64,000 nt of DNA. Origin: Raillietiella orientalis. Lineage: Eukaryota. Positions 24,870 to 38,600 of the stretch are shown here, in pieces; within the stretch, counting starts at the first letter, position 1, and each line of letters opens with the position of its first letter. Under the pieces are notes generated by a model. The model worked only from the letters and a program-made list of their open reading frames with translations, made no database searches and was not told where the DNA came from. The position numbers and the translations under genes were made by a program. The stretch lies in the NCBI GenBank assembly GCA_036172245.1, contig JAYWIR010000035.1, forward strand, positions 1,674,001-1,738,000. Reading direction: 5' to 3'.

Positions 24870-25800
24870 TTGGCGAACCCCAAAAGAAGGAAACCTAAAA
24901 AGAAAAAAGAAAAAACTGGAAGGGGAGAAAGCTGCAAAATAAAAGACCTCCCCTCCCTAGAAAGCTTTCCGTCGCTCTCGTCCAGAAGTGACGACCTCCC
25001 CGTGAGGTCGCTACTAGCCTTAAAAAAAAAAGAAAGGAAAAAAGGGTGGGAAAAGGAAGAATGCGTGCCATCTTCGTAAAGGTGTTGGGAGGGCGGCGGC
25101 GGGGCGAAGTTTCCGGGAGGCAGCCCATCCACCCTCGCCAAAAGAGAATCGGGAAGACGGGAGCTCGCAATGTGCCGCTGCCCGTGTCGATTTCCCGAGA
25201 ACGCCCGGCTCTTTGTTTCGATCCCGCCGTCTCCAATCGCTTCCGGTTTTTTCTCGGATGCGAAGGGTTCTTCCCGAGGCGCGAGCCGGACGGGGTCGCG
25301 CCGGTCCTGCACTCCTGAGGAGGGGAGCCCGTCTCGCGAGCGAAGACGCAAGCGGACCAGGACGCTCACCCGCACCTGAGTCAGCTTCCCCTTTCCGGCA
25401 CCCCCTCTCGGCACCTGGGAGCGAAGGCTCGCTCGCATAGTTCTCGTAGCAACGGAGCTGTTCACCTAGCAACGCAGAACACAGGGTGGAAGGCACATGC
25501 CTTGAGGGCGCACGTTCGTTCTACACCCAGTCCTTCCACGGATTCCTTCCGGAACAGAAACCACAGCCGCTTATCTTAAGATGGGGAGACAGACAAAGAC
25601 AAAACCCACGTGACGGTTGCCATCTTCGAGATGCAGCCTGCTGGAGGCAACCTAGACCGGTCTTCGCGGAACGCGAAGCATTGCCGCTGCCTTGCTTTTG
25701 TTTTTCCAATTTCTTCCAGGCCACTTGACGTTCGGTCTCGGAGCAGCATTTCGACGCCACGACGGTGGTTCCAGGGAGGGAACGAGAAAGGATGGATTCG
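24870..25800 (-). mobile_element. LINE ORF2 C-terminus, abutting repeat copy 2
   Basis: ILFWRGWMG...NTFTKMARI...EVVTSGRERRKAF* (stop ~24958), then a T-rich tract that runs directly into the repeat. Confidence 0.5.
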
Positions 25801-28399
25801 TCACGACAACGATATGCCTGACAGTTGCAAAAGAAAAAAAAAAAAGAAGCACGCAAAGAGGAGGCGGTTATACAAGGGAGCCAAGCTGGCGAAACCAGGC
25901 AGCGCGACCCACCACACCACCCGCAAAGAGGGCGCACCATCACGCCTCCTCGCGAAGGCCTTGCACCCCCTCCCGAGCCGGTCTGTCGCGGAAATCCACG
26001 CCCGCGGTCCGCGCAGAGAACGGCACGGACCGAAGGTCGGCGAACGAAACCCACTGAACCGCTTGCACAACGAGGAAACGCACCGGGAACCGCCCCAACC
26101 AAGTTCACCCGCCCCTCCTGAGAGTAGTAGTAGGTGGCGGGTGTCGCCCCCTTCTTCCCTCCTCCCCCCCTTCTCCCTGGATGCGTGCGCGTGCGCCGCC
26201 AAGCCGTCCGAATTCTTCGCCGCCGTCGATCGTCATAATGAAGCGTCACCTGGTTGAGCCTCCCGGACATGCGCACATACATCGCTATGCACCCACGCAT
26301 ACATGCAGAGCTGCCACGCGCATTCAAAAAAGAAAAAGAAATCCCGAGGAGAATTTTATTTGTTTTGTTGCTTTCGAATTCCCAAGACCCGAACACTCGC
26401 CGCAGCTGCCGGCAACGGCGGCCACGTTTTCGGGAAGTACTAAACGCGTGAAGTACCCGAAGACGTGCCGGAAGCAATTACTAAAGATGGATGAATGGCG
26501 TACAGCAGAACCTCCTGATTGCGAACTCACGTGATAAGTCTTCTTGCATCACCGGAAGCATCCGGAACGCATCTCCGATGGTTGCTGGCATTCGCTCCCA
26601 GAATCCCCCTCCCTCTTCCGCTCCACCCGCTTTCCTCCGCGCGAAAGGAACAGGAACAGAACTCGCCAGAGTTGTCTCTTTCGATAGGTTTTCCCTCTCT
26701 CTCTCTCTCTCTCTTCCCCTCCTTCCACTCCTCCCCTCGAAGTGCCTCCGTTCCGCCCAAAATAGCCGCATCGGAAGCGGCGGAATCCAAAGCACCCTTT
26801 AACCCGCCTGCGTCACGGGCTGCGTTAGCACGCAGCGAGATCCCACGCGGCGAGGTCACGCAAATCGCGGGAACGGAAGGCGATCCCGAAGGCGTTCGTG
26901 TCAGCGAGAGTCACGAACGTGCGGGGAGAGCTCGGGAGAGTGAGCTGGGAGAGCGAAGGACTCATGGGAAACGAGGGATTCCAGCATCTTCGACCTCGCT
27001 GGAGGAGGAAGAGGCAGTGGGCAGTAAGGAAGTTGCAGGCCGGGGTCCCTGGGTCCTTCGCAGAAGGGGGCAAGAGAGCCTTCTCCCGCGCCCATTGGGT
27101 CGACAATGAACAGAGACGAGAGAGGCAGTTGAGGAGAGCAACCATGACAACCACAGGAGGAGGCAAGCCAACGGCGGCCGCGTAAAGCAGCCATGACGAC
27201 GGCAGGGGGCGACAATGACGGCAGCATTTCCGGCAGGGGCCGGAGGCGTCACATGGATACGCACCAAAAGCAGGACGCGCCACATCCTCGCGAATCTTCT
27301 CCCCCATCATCCCGTTCGTAGGAGGAAAGCGGAGATAGTTCCACCTCGCGGTAGCAGGAGGCCCAACGGGGCGAGAGAGCACGCGCTCGCTCGCACCGGA
27401 AGCGCGCAGGCATCGTTCCCCTTCAGCCCTGCAGCCTCTCAGCTCTCGGCAGGAGCGGAAACACGTGTGCGGCGTGGTCAGGCGACGCGAGGAGACGCTG
27501 GAGACTCTCGTCGGACACCCTTCCACACGACGTCTGCGCGTCAGCTGCTCGAGCGGAGGGCATCGCAGACAAAACGCAAACGGCCCCGAAGGCTTTCAGG
27601 ACGGACCGAAGAGTCCAGGTGCAAGCGTCCCGAGCGAGGCACGTGGCAGGAAATGGGAGGGAACCCCGGAAAGACTGCTGTCCCCCAAAGGTCACGCTCC
27701 CTTCTTGGGAAGAAGGGACGCATCGTTTCTTCTTCCTTTTTTTTTTTTTTTCTGCATCGTGATCGAAGCGGAAGATTCCCGCTGGCGTCAAGTGGGAACG
27801 CCCAGGAGAGGTGGAAGCAGGAATTCGACACGTCACTAGGAGGGAGGAGGATGGATGCCCTCGAGAAGCGCTCCGAAGCGTTCTTCGATAGCTTCTGACC
27901 TCCTGTGGACCGTGAGCGAACAGGCGGACGCTGCACCCCACGACGAGTCCCGACCGTGCCAGGAAAACCAGGGGGACGAACAGTCTCGTCGCCTGCGGGC
28001 GAGATGGAAGAGAGTTGGGCGTCGGCGTCGTCCGCGGAAAGGTGAGGATGAAGAATAATGGGGGGAATAGGAATACTTTCCCCTCACCCCCCCCCTCTCA
28101 TTCCTCCCCGCAGGATCGTGCTCTACGCTTTCGTGGAATTCTCCTGGGGACAAGGGGGTGTCCCGCAGACAGCGAGCGACCCTACTCTCTCGCGAGGAGC
28201 GAGCTGTGTGCACGAGAAGGGTCGACGAGGCAGGCGGCAGGCGAGGAAGGAGACATGCGAGCTAAGGGGGCCAGAGGAGTCATCCGGAGGCATCCGGAGG
28301 AAGGGGACATGCGAAGGAGCCGGCTTTCTGGTTCGGATCTTTCTAGAAACTTCGACTTCGCTGCTTCGGGAAGCGGCTAGAAGTTCTGCCCCTGGCGGC

Positions 28400-31300
28400 G
28401 GTCGCTTGAGAGGGAGGCTTCTCGCCGCTTACCAGGACAACACCGCGACGGATGGGTTCTCTCCCCTCCCTCCCCCCGTTCACCGGCAAAACTCTCGGCA
28501 AAGAACGGCACGGTGCTGGGAAGGGTGCAAGAGGGGATGCTGGATTGCCAGGGGAGACGACGAGCCAAGGTGAAGGCCGGGATGGAGGAGGTAGGCGCGT
28601 TGTGTGTCTCTCGTGGCTCCAGGGGAGCGCACCTAACACTCGGCCGCGTGTCCTCAGGGATTCCTCCTAACAGCAGGGGGGAGGGAGACCATTGAGGACA
28701 GGAGATCAGTGGACGCCCTGCTCGCGGATGCTTTCGGACTCGAGTGGCAGGGCGGACCAGAGGCTCCCGGGTCAGTCTGGGGGCCGGTCACGGATCACGC
28801 CGTCGGTCTGCGTTGGCGAGGTCGCTCCAGGAAGCCGCACGCCGGTCGAGATGTTCGAGAGGGGCAACGGGGAGCCCTCCCTCCCACTCGCTCCACCCCT
28901 GGGGACCTTCCCGGCGGCGCGCGCTGACTCCCTGCTGCTGCCTCTGCGGACCACCTCTCGGACAAGCACCGTCCTCGCTCTTCTCCTGCGCCTTCTGCCA
29001 TCTTGCGGGGCGCCACTCCTCTTCGGCACGAAGAGGAGGAACTGGACGGCGCCCGGAGGCCAGGAGACGGGTGCAGCACACTCCTCCCGTCCTTCCCTTC
29101 CCTTCCCTTCGTCAAGGAGGAAGAGGAGGACACTGCGCTCCTCCGGCGGCCGTCCCCTCACCTGCTCCCGGACGCTCCTTGAAGAGCTCCACCTCCCGCC
29201 TTTGTCCTCCTCCCGTGCCGTACCATCCCTGCGGCGGTCCGACATGCGGAAGACGCCTCAATCTACACCGCCGAATACGCAGCCAGATCTGGCTACGTGT
29301 GTTCTGCGCGCGTCACCTCCCCCGCGGTCAGGGCATGGACCGGACGATCTTTCAGCGGCAAAGACCGGGAAACGCGCATCGGAAGAAACTTTGGAGAGGA
29401 AGCGTTCCCGTTCGCCTCCAGGGAACGGCGGGACGCTGCCGAGCAAGCAGGACGGGCCACTCCGTTGCCCGGGTGATGCGTTCTCGAGGACGGAGAAGCT
29501 TTCCGATGATTCCGAGGAGCAGATCAGGGCGGAAAGGGGGGAGGGGGCGACCAGGGACGGAGGAGGAGGCTTGTGGGTGGGGCCTGCACCTTCGTTGCGC
29601 CTGCTCCCTCCTAGGAGGAAGAACCGGCCGGGCTGCGATGCCCTCCCTTGCAGAACCCAGGTCCTTTCTTCTTCGCCTCAGACCCTCGCGGATCCGGGGT
29701 GCAGGGGCTTGACTCCCGGAATTTCGAAACCTGCGGATCCGGTCAGCTCCTGCAACGCGATCCGGCGGCGGTCGCCGTCCTTCGCCAGGGCCGTCCGCTC
29801 GTTCCTTTGCTTCCCATCCTGGCGATCGGAGACGGCGCGCGGCTTTCCCACGGCAGGGCTGGGGGCTCATGTTGCGTGGTCGCCCGAAGGATCAATGCGT
29901 GTTGTCTTCCTCCTCCTCTTGCTTCTCTTCGGACATCTCGAAACGAAACCCCTGTCGCTTTGAGGGCTCGGCAGTCTCTTCGCTCTCGTTCGACATCGTC
30001 GTCGTTTCTTACCCGGTTGTGCTGGGACGTTTATTCACGAATGAACAAACCATCTAGGAGCAACGTTCCCAGGCGAAGGGTAAAGAAGTTCAAAGGGAGG
30101 GCTCCCGAGACGCAGGTCGGGCACACTGAAAGTCTGGAACGGGAGGGAGGGGATAATAAATAAATACAAAAAGATACGGGGGGTAGGGAACAGGGGGTTT
30201 TGGCTTTGGGCGTTTCTTCCTCTCAGAACCGGTACTGAATGCTGGAGATCTCCTTGATGACTTCTTCTTTAAGATGAGGACACCTAGCAACCATTGGCGT
30301 TTCCAATCCTAGTGACCTCTGTTGGGGCCGCTCGCGACTCCGACACATGGAGGACCATGGCGATGGCGCGGATGCAACAGATCGTAGCGATGACCGCATC
30401 TAGCGAGAGGCCGCCGCGCGTGAAGAAGCGAAGCATGATGTTGAGGGCGGTGTCCTCCTGGTTCAGGAGTGCTGTTCAGACACAGTCCTTGGAGGGCACT
30501 GCTGTCGAAGAGCAGGTACGGGAGCGATTCCACTGCTCCGCACCATCTGCAGTTAGGGGAGACAACTCCCCCGGAAACGAGATGGGCGCGGATTGCAATG
30601 GAAGCCCCAATGCAACAGTAGAAGCGCGTCCTGTGTCCACCGAAGGAGGAACACAGACGTGTCCATGCACGACGGAGGGACCACAAGTTCTACCGGGGGA
30701 ACACTCAAGAGTTCGCATCACCGAAGGAGTCCTTTCGCACAATTACGAGGAGTGGCCACATCTGCCAGCTCGCTCGTCTTCCAGTCGCTCAACAGCCTTG
30801 TTTCTTCAGCAAGCATGCAGGAGACTTCTCACCCCGCCTGTAGACAACTGTCATTGCTGGTCCTTAGGGCAGACTGCTCTACAGCAAAGGACGTGGCGGC
30901 CAGGCGAGTCCACTTGTCCTGATCCTGCAACACATCCTCCGCCGAACACAATGGGAAAGCCACAATGGGAAAGGTGCACGCAATGAAGTTCGATGAGCAG
31001 CACTTTCTGATGCGCTGCCCAGGACGATAAGGCCTCCTGCTGTCACGCATTAAAGTTCGTTGGACGGCAGGAGATCCCCGAATGAGCTTCCAGGAGCGAG
31101 GCGAGCACCCTCAGCGGGAAGCCGAATCCTCTCGTGGCGCGCTAGGAGTGCGGCAGAAACGAAAGCAGTCCTGCTGGCCGCAACAGCAGACGCGCGGGAG
31201 TACACCACGGAGTCGTCCATAGCTTGGCACAAAGTGCCAGCATCCGGAACTGCACTTGAAGCCCGATCCTGTCCTGCTCCAGGATGCCCACGCCGGCATC

Positions 31301-32120
31301 TCGACGCGGAGCCTCCAAGTCATTGAGGCGGACCCTGGACGTCGTCGTCATGATTGGCTTTTCATCCCGGACTGCGAGATCGCGTATTTTCGAACATCTT
31401 TTTTGGGCGGGGGGGAGGGGAGGAAGGAATTGAAAGGGACTGCTCTCACTGGAGATGAAGTCATGGAAGAGTGGAAGAAAAGAAGGGAGAACCAGAAGAC
31501 AAACAGGGAGTGGGACGGGTCGACCTCGACGTAATGAGCTCCTGGTTTCCGAGGGCATGAGCGGGGCAGGGAAGGGATGGCGGTGGGATGTGGTCATCCG
31601 TGACCGACCAGTCTGCCCGCATCGTCCCGACAGGCCGGACGCTCTCCTCTCACGTAGGCAGCAGCGACTCCCCGGGATGGAGGCCGCGTTCCCCCCTCCC
31701 TTTCGACAGGTTCTCCGTTGCTTTCCAGGTGGCGGGGAGTCGTCAGCAAGGAGACTGCTATTCCTGGAGACGTGACGAGACGTGACCGCTGCTTTACACT
31801 GGTCCTGCAGGGCAGCAGCGTCAGGAAATCGAAGCGCTCCCGTGGTGCGCATCCCTTCCGCAGCCAAGAAGCACGCGTGTGGAAGTGGGGGCATTCATCG
31901 GGGATCCTTCCCTCTGAGGCTCAGCAGCGGCGACGATGCGGTGGCCTACTGGCAACGTGAAGGAAGGGCAGGGGAATAGATAGGGCGGAGGGGGGGGGAC
32001 TCCGGAATCTCGACGTCCCTTGAGGGGAAGGAAACGCGGAACCATCCCTGCGCAGGGTCGTGCCGGGTCTTCACCCCCATTGGGGCGGACGCGGCTGTCT
32101 TGCGCGTCCCGTCAGAGCTT
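28400..32120 (+). mobile_element. DIRS/Ngaro-type retroelement remnant (RT-RNaseH-YR), split by a LINE
   Basis: AYQDN, TDHAVG, P..KN...DALPCR (RNase H end), SFARAVRSFLCF (YR N-terminus); after the LINE insert GRPRRNELL...WRWDV (31518), GAHPFRS (31844) and SGDDAVAYWQR. Confidence 0.55.
30010..31400 (-). mobile_element. 5'-truncated L1/Tx1-type LINE (3'UTR type II)
   Basis: LEAPRRDAGVGIL...AKLWTTPWC, zinc finger CRWCGAVESLPYLLFD, ICCIRAIA...RCPHLKEEVIKEISSIQYRF*, T-rich UTR, AATAAA (30030-30035) plus 20 nt terminus. Nucleotide homology to 62715-64000. Confidence 0.8.
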
Positions 32121-32289
32121 CACAGAGCGGAAGCATCTCCGAAAACACCTACGATCGATGAAACCGCTCACGCTGATTGCGGGTGTTGTTCTCACTTAGG
32201 TTCCGGCTCTCGAACGCCAGCGCAGTCAGCGCTGGAAACAAGAACAAGAGTAACAACAACAAGTAGCACTTCCCTCCAAGTTTTTTTTC

Positions 32290-34900
32290 GGAGATGAGGA
32301 GCAGGGTTAGCGCGCGCGAGCTCTTCAACGTACCGCACGCGACCTCTGCGGCGCACCGCGCACGATGATGGCGCGCTCCTCCTACGCCTGGAGGCGCGTG
32401 GCCGGGAGCAATAGGGGCGGAGGTACCTCACGAACTCAGCGCTTCCGGTCTGGCTGGTCCGGAGCAGCAACCCCGCCCGACCCCTCCTCCAGGACGTTCC
32501 CCTCCTCCGTCAGCCTTCGGGCTGCTGGACGTTCCGTGCGCCATTCCTACGGGAGTGGACGAAAAGACCGCACCGCGACGAACGGCGGAACCTCGGCTCC
32601 CGGCAGCTTCCGTGGAGCTCGGAGTCTGCGCCTCTCGAAGATGCGGTTGTCTGTAAGAAGGGGATGTCTGTATGGAGAAGGAGGGGGGTAGGAGAGAGAG
32701 AGAAATAGGAGGGGGGAGGGCAAAGCGTAGGCAAGGCCTCCGAACCCAGCATCCTCCGGGAGGGCAGGACACTTCCGTGCAGCGGCCTTCTCTGAAGACA
32801 GAGTTCTCCGTAACGCCCGCGCACTCTCCTGGAAGCCCTGCCTTCAGGGAAGAAGGCAACGCTTCTGGGAAAAGCCCGCTCTCACCGTCGAGTGCGGAGG
32901 TGACCTCCGGGGAAGCCGCATGAGGGACCGAGAGGATGGGACGAAAACGCGCCGACCGGAGGAATTCCGGAGGCGGGTCGGTGGAGCGCGGCAGTCGGTG
33001 CCCTGCCACCTGGGGGCAGAATCCGGAACTGGAGGAGCAGCTGCTCCCGCCTCCGGAATTCCCCTTCCTCCTGGAAAGCAGCAGCAGGGAAATTCCTTGC
33101 CTTGGAGGTCCACCAGGGGAGGAGGGTCGCGATGGGATCCCCGGAAGCTGAGCTGGGTATCCCGTGGAAGGGAGAGGGGGCGGAGGGGGAGCAGGAGGAA
33201 GAGAGGAATACTCCTCTCCTCCTCCTCCTTCCTTACTCCCTTTCTCCCCGGAGGAAGGGAGGAAGAGGAGGAGGAAGAAAGGAGGGGTCCTCTCGGAAGA
33301 TTCACTGTGGTCAGGCAGAGAAACAAGTAGGCGGCCTTTGCCCCGAGGAGGTGATCGAGAACGGTCCTTTGGAAGAACTTCCCTGGCTCCGGGGGCTCCT
33401 CCGGTCTTTAGCAGACTTCTGCTTCTTCGGCAGGATTCTAGCCCCGTGCCTCCTCCGTTTGCATCGCCGCCAGATGGCTTCCGCTACTCCCCGAAGAAAG
33501 AGTTGCACCGCGAGCTGCCCTTTTGGGCAAGTGTCTGCCACCCCCTGAGCGACGAGGAGCGTCCCTTCCAACGTCAGTTTCGGCGATGGCGGCGGCGACG
33601 ATGAGGACTCCCGAGGGCGGTTCCTCCTCCGCTCAGACGGACGGGGCTAGAGTTCGGTCCTCTGCCCCTTTCCGAGCGCCCCCTCGTCGTCTGCCTGCCT
33701 GGTCTCCATGGTGACCACCACCGGCCTTCTAGGACTGCTAGCCTCCCTCGTGAGATCCACTGGTACCACTGAGGGGTCTTCGCTGGCCAGACGATATTCT
33801 TCGGGACCCGAGTGGCGAGGAGGTTCTCCGTTGCAGAGGCAACCAGCTTCCCTTCTCCTCTTCCTCCCCTTCATTCCCCAGGGGTTCCGCGCCGCTGCTC
33901 GCTGTTTCTCCGGGTTGGAGGAGCCCTGGGAGGGATGATGAGTCTCCGAGGGTTTTGCTAGGAAATCCGGAGCGCCCGCTCGTGAGCGTCTCCATGGGAA
34001 CCTCCTGTGGAGCGGACCGAAAAGGTTTTCGCTTTCTTCGGACTGGCGAGTGCCTTCTCCCTTTCCCACTCCGTCAGTCGGCGCCCGTAGCAACGGCAGC
34101 GGCAGAAAGGACCGTGGCGGAGATCAGTCGGACCAGGAAGCGGTGGCAATAGAGAAGCAGTAGCAGCAGTAGTGGTAAGAGAAGGAGGAGGGGCTGGCCG
34201 TCGCTTTCCCTGCGGAAGGTTCCCAATGAGCTTGTTCAACGTGGCTCAACATCTGCGTTGAGCAGCCGCACGAATGTCCCCTGGAAGGCCATCGAGGGGA
34301 CTCGTTCTCGCCCACGAGAACGGATGAGGACGGAGTCGCAGCGTTCCCCCGGCAACGGGGGGGAAGGGCTCAAGAGGGCGCGCAGTGCGAGGGTTTCCGA
34401 AGACCTAGCTACTCTTGAAGCTACAGGAGGAAGGACGAACTGAGGATTGACCAGCGTCCGACGGTGAGCGCGCACGGGCACGAAGGCGGAGCCCCTCGTG
34501 GCCAGAGACCTCCTCTCCGCCGGAAGAGCTCCCAGACCGCCTCGTGACCTCTCCAAGGCCGGGGAGGGGACCCACAAGAGGTCGAGGGGTCCGGGTGCTG
34601 GGGAAAGCCTCCCGGGAGAGAGAAAGAGAGAGAGAATCCGCCCGTCTCGCCGCCTCTCCTACGTGACTGCTAACTCCGTAACTCAGGATGACCGTCCGGG
34701 CTCCCTGGAGACCCCCAGCCAAGGGATCGCTGCTGCCAAGATCGTGAAAGAGAAGGCGGGGGAAGTTCTGCATGAAGGCAGCGCAGGCCCCCTGGAGGAG
34801 GTCGAGCGCGCGCAGGCGGGCGATCCAGGAGACGGGCGAGCGGGACACGCGTGAGGAGCGGGGACGGGAGATGCGAAGGCGAGATAAAGACGGATCCACC
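32290..34900 (-). mobile_element. LINE ORF1 and start of APE domain
   Basis: LFLRGVAEAIWRRCKRRRHGAR (eroded CxxCxxxGH knuckle, ~33440-33500); ARNVQQ at ~32530 (cf. TWNVxG). 5' limit uncertain. Confidence 0.4.
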
Positions 34901-36234
34901 TCGATTTTAATGGCATGGAAGAACGTCTGATAGCGCCGTGCACGCAAGAAACTTCACCGCTAGTGCTGATGAGCGGTTCCCACAGAATGGCTTCGCCGTC
35001 GCCCTGACAACGCGTTGCGTCATTCTGAAAGCGACTTACATTGTTTTGTTTTGTTTTTTTCCTCCTGTTTTCCGACCGCTGATGGGAAAAAGAAGAAAAT
35101 GCGCGCGCGCTAATAAAGGACCACCGAAAGGGCGTCTGAGGAGCCAACGAAATCGTCACCGGAGCCGGAGGCAGAGCAGACGAGAGGCCTCGAGAGTCCG
35201 GCTGGAGCCACGCGCGCGAGTTCGCTTTCGCAGGGATCGCCGTCGCTGCTGCGCTCGCTCGTTGGAAGAGCCAGCTTTTCCCGCTCGCTGGGTTCTGGCA
35301 GCGGGAAGGGAAGGGGGGCAGCTCGACACCCGTTCCGCCGGTTCCCTGCCGACGGCGGGAAGGTTGAGCTCACGCGAAAGGCGAAGGGGCGGTGGTGGTG
35401 GGTGACATCTGCCGCGACAACGGCCAAAGACGTTCCCGCCGCTCCCTCTCCTTCGAAGCAACTCCGGCCCCAGGCAAAGTGAGCAAGAGGAAAGGAGGGG
35501 GGAAGGGGGATGAACTAGCGACACTTGGGCGCGTGCGCGGTGCGCAGCTGGCGTCTGGAGCGGGAACGAGCGCAGGCGGCGCGTGTGAGAGCACGCGGGC
35601 GAGCATCCATCCGTTCCCCGGCGTGAGGGGAAAAAAAAAAACACCAGAGCGCGAAAAACGCTCGCAGCGCCGCGCGGCCTTCGCGGTTTTCTTCGCCGGT
35701 GCGGCGACGCCGAACACCGACTTTCATTTCAGCAGGGCACACCTTCTTTATTTGTTCGCACCCTCGTGATTTCTAATCGACGGTTTGTCGACTTTCCCTG
35801 GTCCCGTGCCTTGTTGTTTGCCGGACCCCTCGTGTCTTCGCGGGAGGAAAAAGCTGGATGCGAGAGTCGCCGCCGGCACGCTGCCGACAAAGGCGGCCGG
35901 GGGAATTCAGGCGGCCTTTCAGGGTCGGCTCGCCGCGACCGGCAGAGAGCCCGGAAGCCTCTTCCGGGAAAGGAAGGAAATCTTCGGAAGCGCCTCTTGG
36001 GGTGCCACCTCGTGGCGCTGCAGGGGCCTCGGCGTTCAGCGGGCTCCAGGTAAAGCGCGCCAGAACCGAAGGTGGAAACGGAGCGGAGGCTCTTCGACCC
36101 GACAAGGGCCTTTCCAAGCGACTCACGACCAGAGTGTGTTCGACCATCTGTCCCCTCGCTACCTCAGCAGCAACACCGGGACCTTCAAGGGAGCATTCTC
36201 TGGATCGGAAGCGGTCCGGAGCCACTTTGCTCTC

Positions 36235-37470
36235 CACCCGGGTGCCCCGGGGCATTTATTAGTAATGACACACTTGCAAAAGCGGTGACAGGATGTTCAG
36301 ACGGAACCTGCCGAGAGAACGATAGGCAGTCCGGCGAGGTTTGCCTCTGCAGCAAAGGGGAGGAGGACACACGAAGATAAAAATAAAATAAAAGCCAAAC
36401 AAAAATAAACAAAAAAAACCTATGGAGGGTTAGGGAAGGGATCGCTGTCTGCTGAAGGGCGTCCTCTGCATCCTTTCTAGGATACCGGCAAGTTCCTCCT
36501 GAAGAGTTGGCAGGGTGGGGTCATCTTGTCGCCATCCTTATGAAGTGGACGGTAAAGTGGATGACAACCCTGTCACTCCATCCTCCTCTTGCGTCGCTCC
36601 AGGCAGCCACAATGCCGCGAAGGCAACAGAGAGCTCCTGGCAAGGCTGCCGGCCTAGGGAAATCTCGTAGGAGGACAGGCCTTAAAGCGTCCCTGGGTTG
36701 CCAGCGGGTGCCCCTAAGTTCACGGCAAAGCGTTCTCAGAGGGGCCGGAGGGCAACGCAGTCCACAAGCAGGTGTTGGAGGGATTCGCGTTCCCCTCATC
36801 TACCACAGTTAGGGCTCGCCCCCCCCCCTTTCCCGTGTCCAGTGATGCCTGCGGGCGTTGAATGGGAGGCCAAGGATCGCCGACTCCTGCTACCTGAGAG
36901 GGAGGGTTTGTGGGCGTTCCGTAGCGCTGGGGACCACTCGAAGTCTTTCCGCGGAATGCCGAGTAGCTCGCTCCAGCGCAAGAGTCCTTTCGGTGGGGCA
37001 CTTAGGGTCGAAGTTCATCTGCGAGATGGACCGTGGTCCAGCAACCTGGAACCTTCCTCCCGGAGTTCATCTCGCAGGAAAATGCCACCTTGCCGGTAGA
37101 TTGCCGTTTGGCCGCACTTCGCGGGACCCTTTCCCATGTCTGTCTGTCCGCCCTGGCGGGCACACGAAGCCAAGCAGGCGAAGTCTGCACAGAAGATTCT
37201 TGACAAGGAACGTGAGCTTCTTCTTCGTCCGTCCCGCGCCCTGGCAGTCCCTCCGCGGTGACCGTCAAAGCCGTCGGCAGATGTCGTCGGTGCGGATCGC
37301 AATCAAGAAGAGACGACACAGACGTGGAATGCTAAAAGAGGCCACCTCTGGTGAGGAAGGGAAGCGACAATGCGGGATGCCTTCAGGGGAATTTCTTGTG
37401 AGAGGAAGACGTCTTGGGCTTCCATCTGGGTGCCGTAAAAGTGCTCTGGAACCGGAATCGGGGACGAATT
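36235..37470 (-). mobile_element. LINE 3' part (3'UTR type I)
   Basis: NCGR*GERESLQHLLVDC zinc finger, ALCCLRGIVAAWSDA...FIRMATR, AATAAA (36255-36260) followed by 20 nt ending CCGGGTG. Confidence 0.8.
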
Positions 37471-37499
37471 GGGTGTTCTTCTTCCATCGTCCTCCCCCG

Positions 37500-38600
37500 C
37501 TTTGAATCCCCCCTGAAGCACGTGTTTTCCGAGCTTCCAGGAATGTGGGCCTCGTGACTGCTGCTCCCGTGCTCCCGACACACCAGCAATCTTGAAGTGA
37601 TCAGACCCCGGAGAGACGCTTCATCAGAGGTGATGAGTCCACCTTGTGAAGAACGCGAAACCGGACGCTGGTCGACGTCCCCAGACCAGAGAATGGCGTT
37701 CGACCGAGTCGGCATGCGTCTTCTCCTGGGACGCTCTCAGGTTCGGAACAGAACGCGAGGTTTTTGGTCACAGTGGCTGGAAGGAATCCCAGAGAGGATC
37801 CGCGCGCAGTCCAGTGCGGCTTCCCGTTTCCTTGCTCGCCTTCTGCACGAGCCGAGAACTGCGTCCGTCGCTGCGGCTGGCCATTCCAGGCACGCGGTCT
37901 TCCTGCGCTCTTTCCAAACCAGTGAGCTTCCGCAACCTCGGGAGAGGGAACCAAAACAGAAGAACTCGGAAGATCAGGAGGAGGGAGCACTCGAAACAAG
38001 GGAAATGAGAACGGCGCAGTGGATGTTGCCGCCGATGAAGCATCCAAGACTTCTGAAGAGCAGGAGAGAGTCCAGGAGCTCCCACGGGAGCCAAGGGCCC
38101 GAAGCGTTTTTATCTTTCAAACAGATGAAGGTACCGCACCGGAATCAGCACCCTGGAGTCCCTGACTCGGCCTTCGACATGGATGAGGACCTGCACTTGT
38201 GTAGAATGACCAACTCATTCCTTGTATCCAAGCTTGCGGGAGTGCTCGTGCATACCGTTCCAAGATGGCAGTGTACAGAGAGCAAAGGGCCGTGTGTTTG
38301 TGTTGCCTGGACCGCCGGCCGCCGCGTGCACTTTGCGAGAGGCCAGGTGACCTTACTCAGGTGATGGTGGTGTTTTTTCTTCTTGGCGCAAGGTCGGGCC
38401 TTGAGGCGCTTGGAAGACTGGCAGATGGAAGCCGTGGTCGCTGCGATCCAGGTCCTTCCTGGCGTCCCGGAGACGACGTCCCTCGCCGAGGGACGCGTCA
38501 AGAGCAGAACGAGCAGCCTGAGCGCTTCGATCCTTGGCTTCGGTGGCTCCCCGCCAGGATTTTTGCCGATCGCTCGTGTCGCTGGAAGAAGCATCGAAGG
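37500..38600 (-). mobile_element. LINE APE endonuclease remnant
   Basis: DSRVLIPVRYLHL, CFIGGNIHCAV (GGDFN), CRLGR (SRLDR) and SDHFKI...RGPHSWKLGKHVL in canonical order. Confidence 0.75.

Noticed and set aside
29989..31404. TSD around the 30 kb LINE (TTCGACATC versus TTCGAACATC)
   Set aside because: Short, gapped and offset from the inferred terminus; not reliable.
34960..35035. Hammerhead ribozyme (CTGATGAG...GAAA); also the CTGATGA at ~6747
   Set aside because: I could not form stems I-III around the core.
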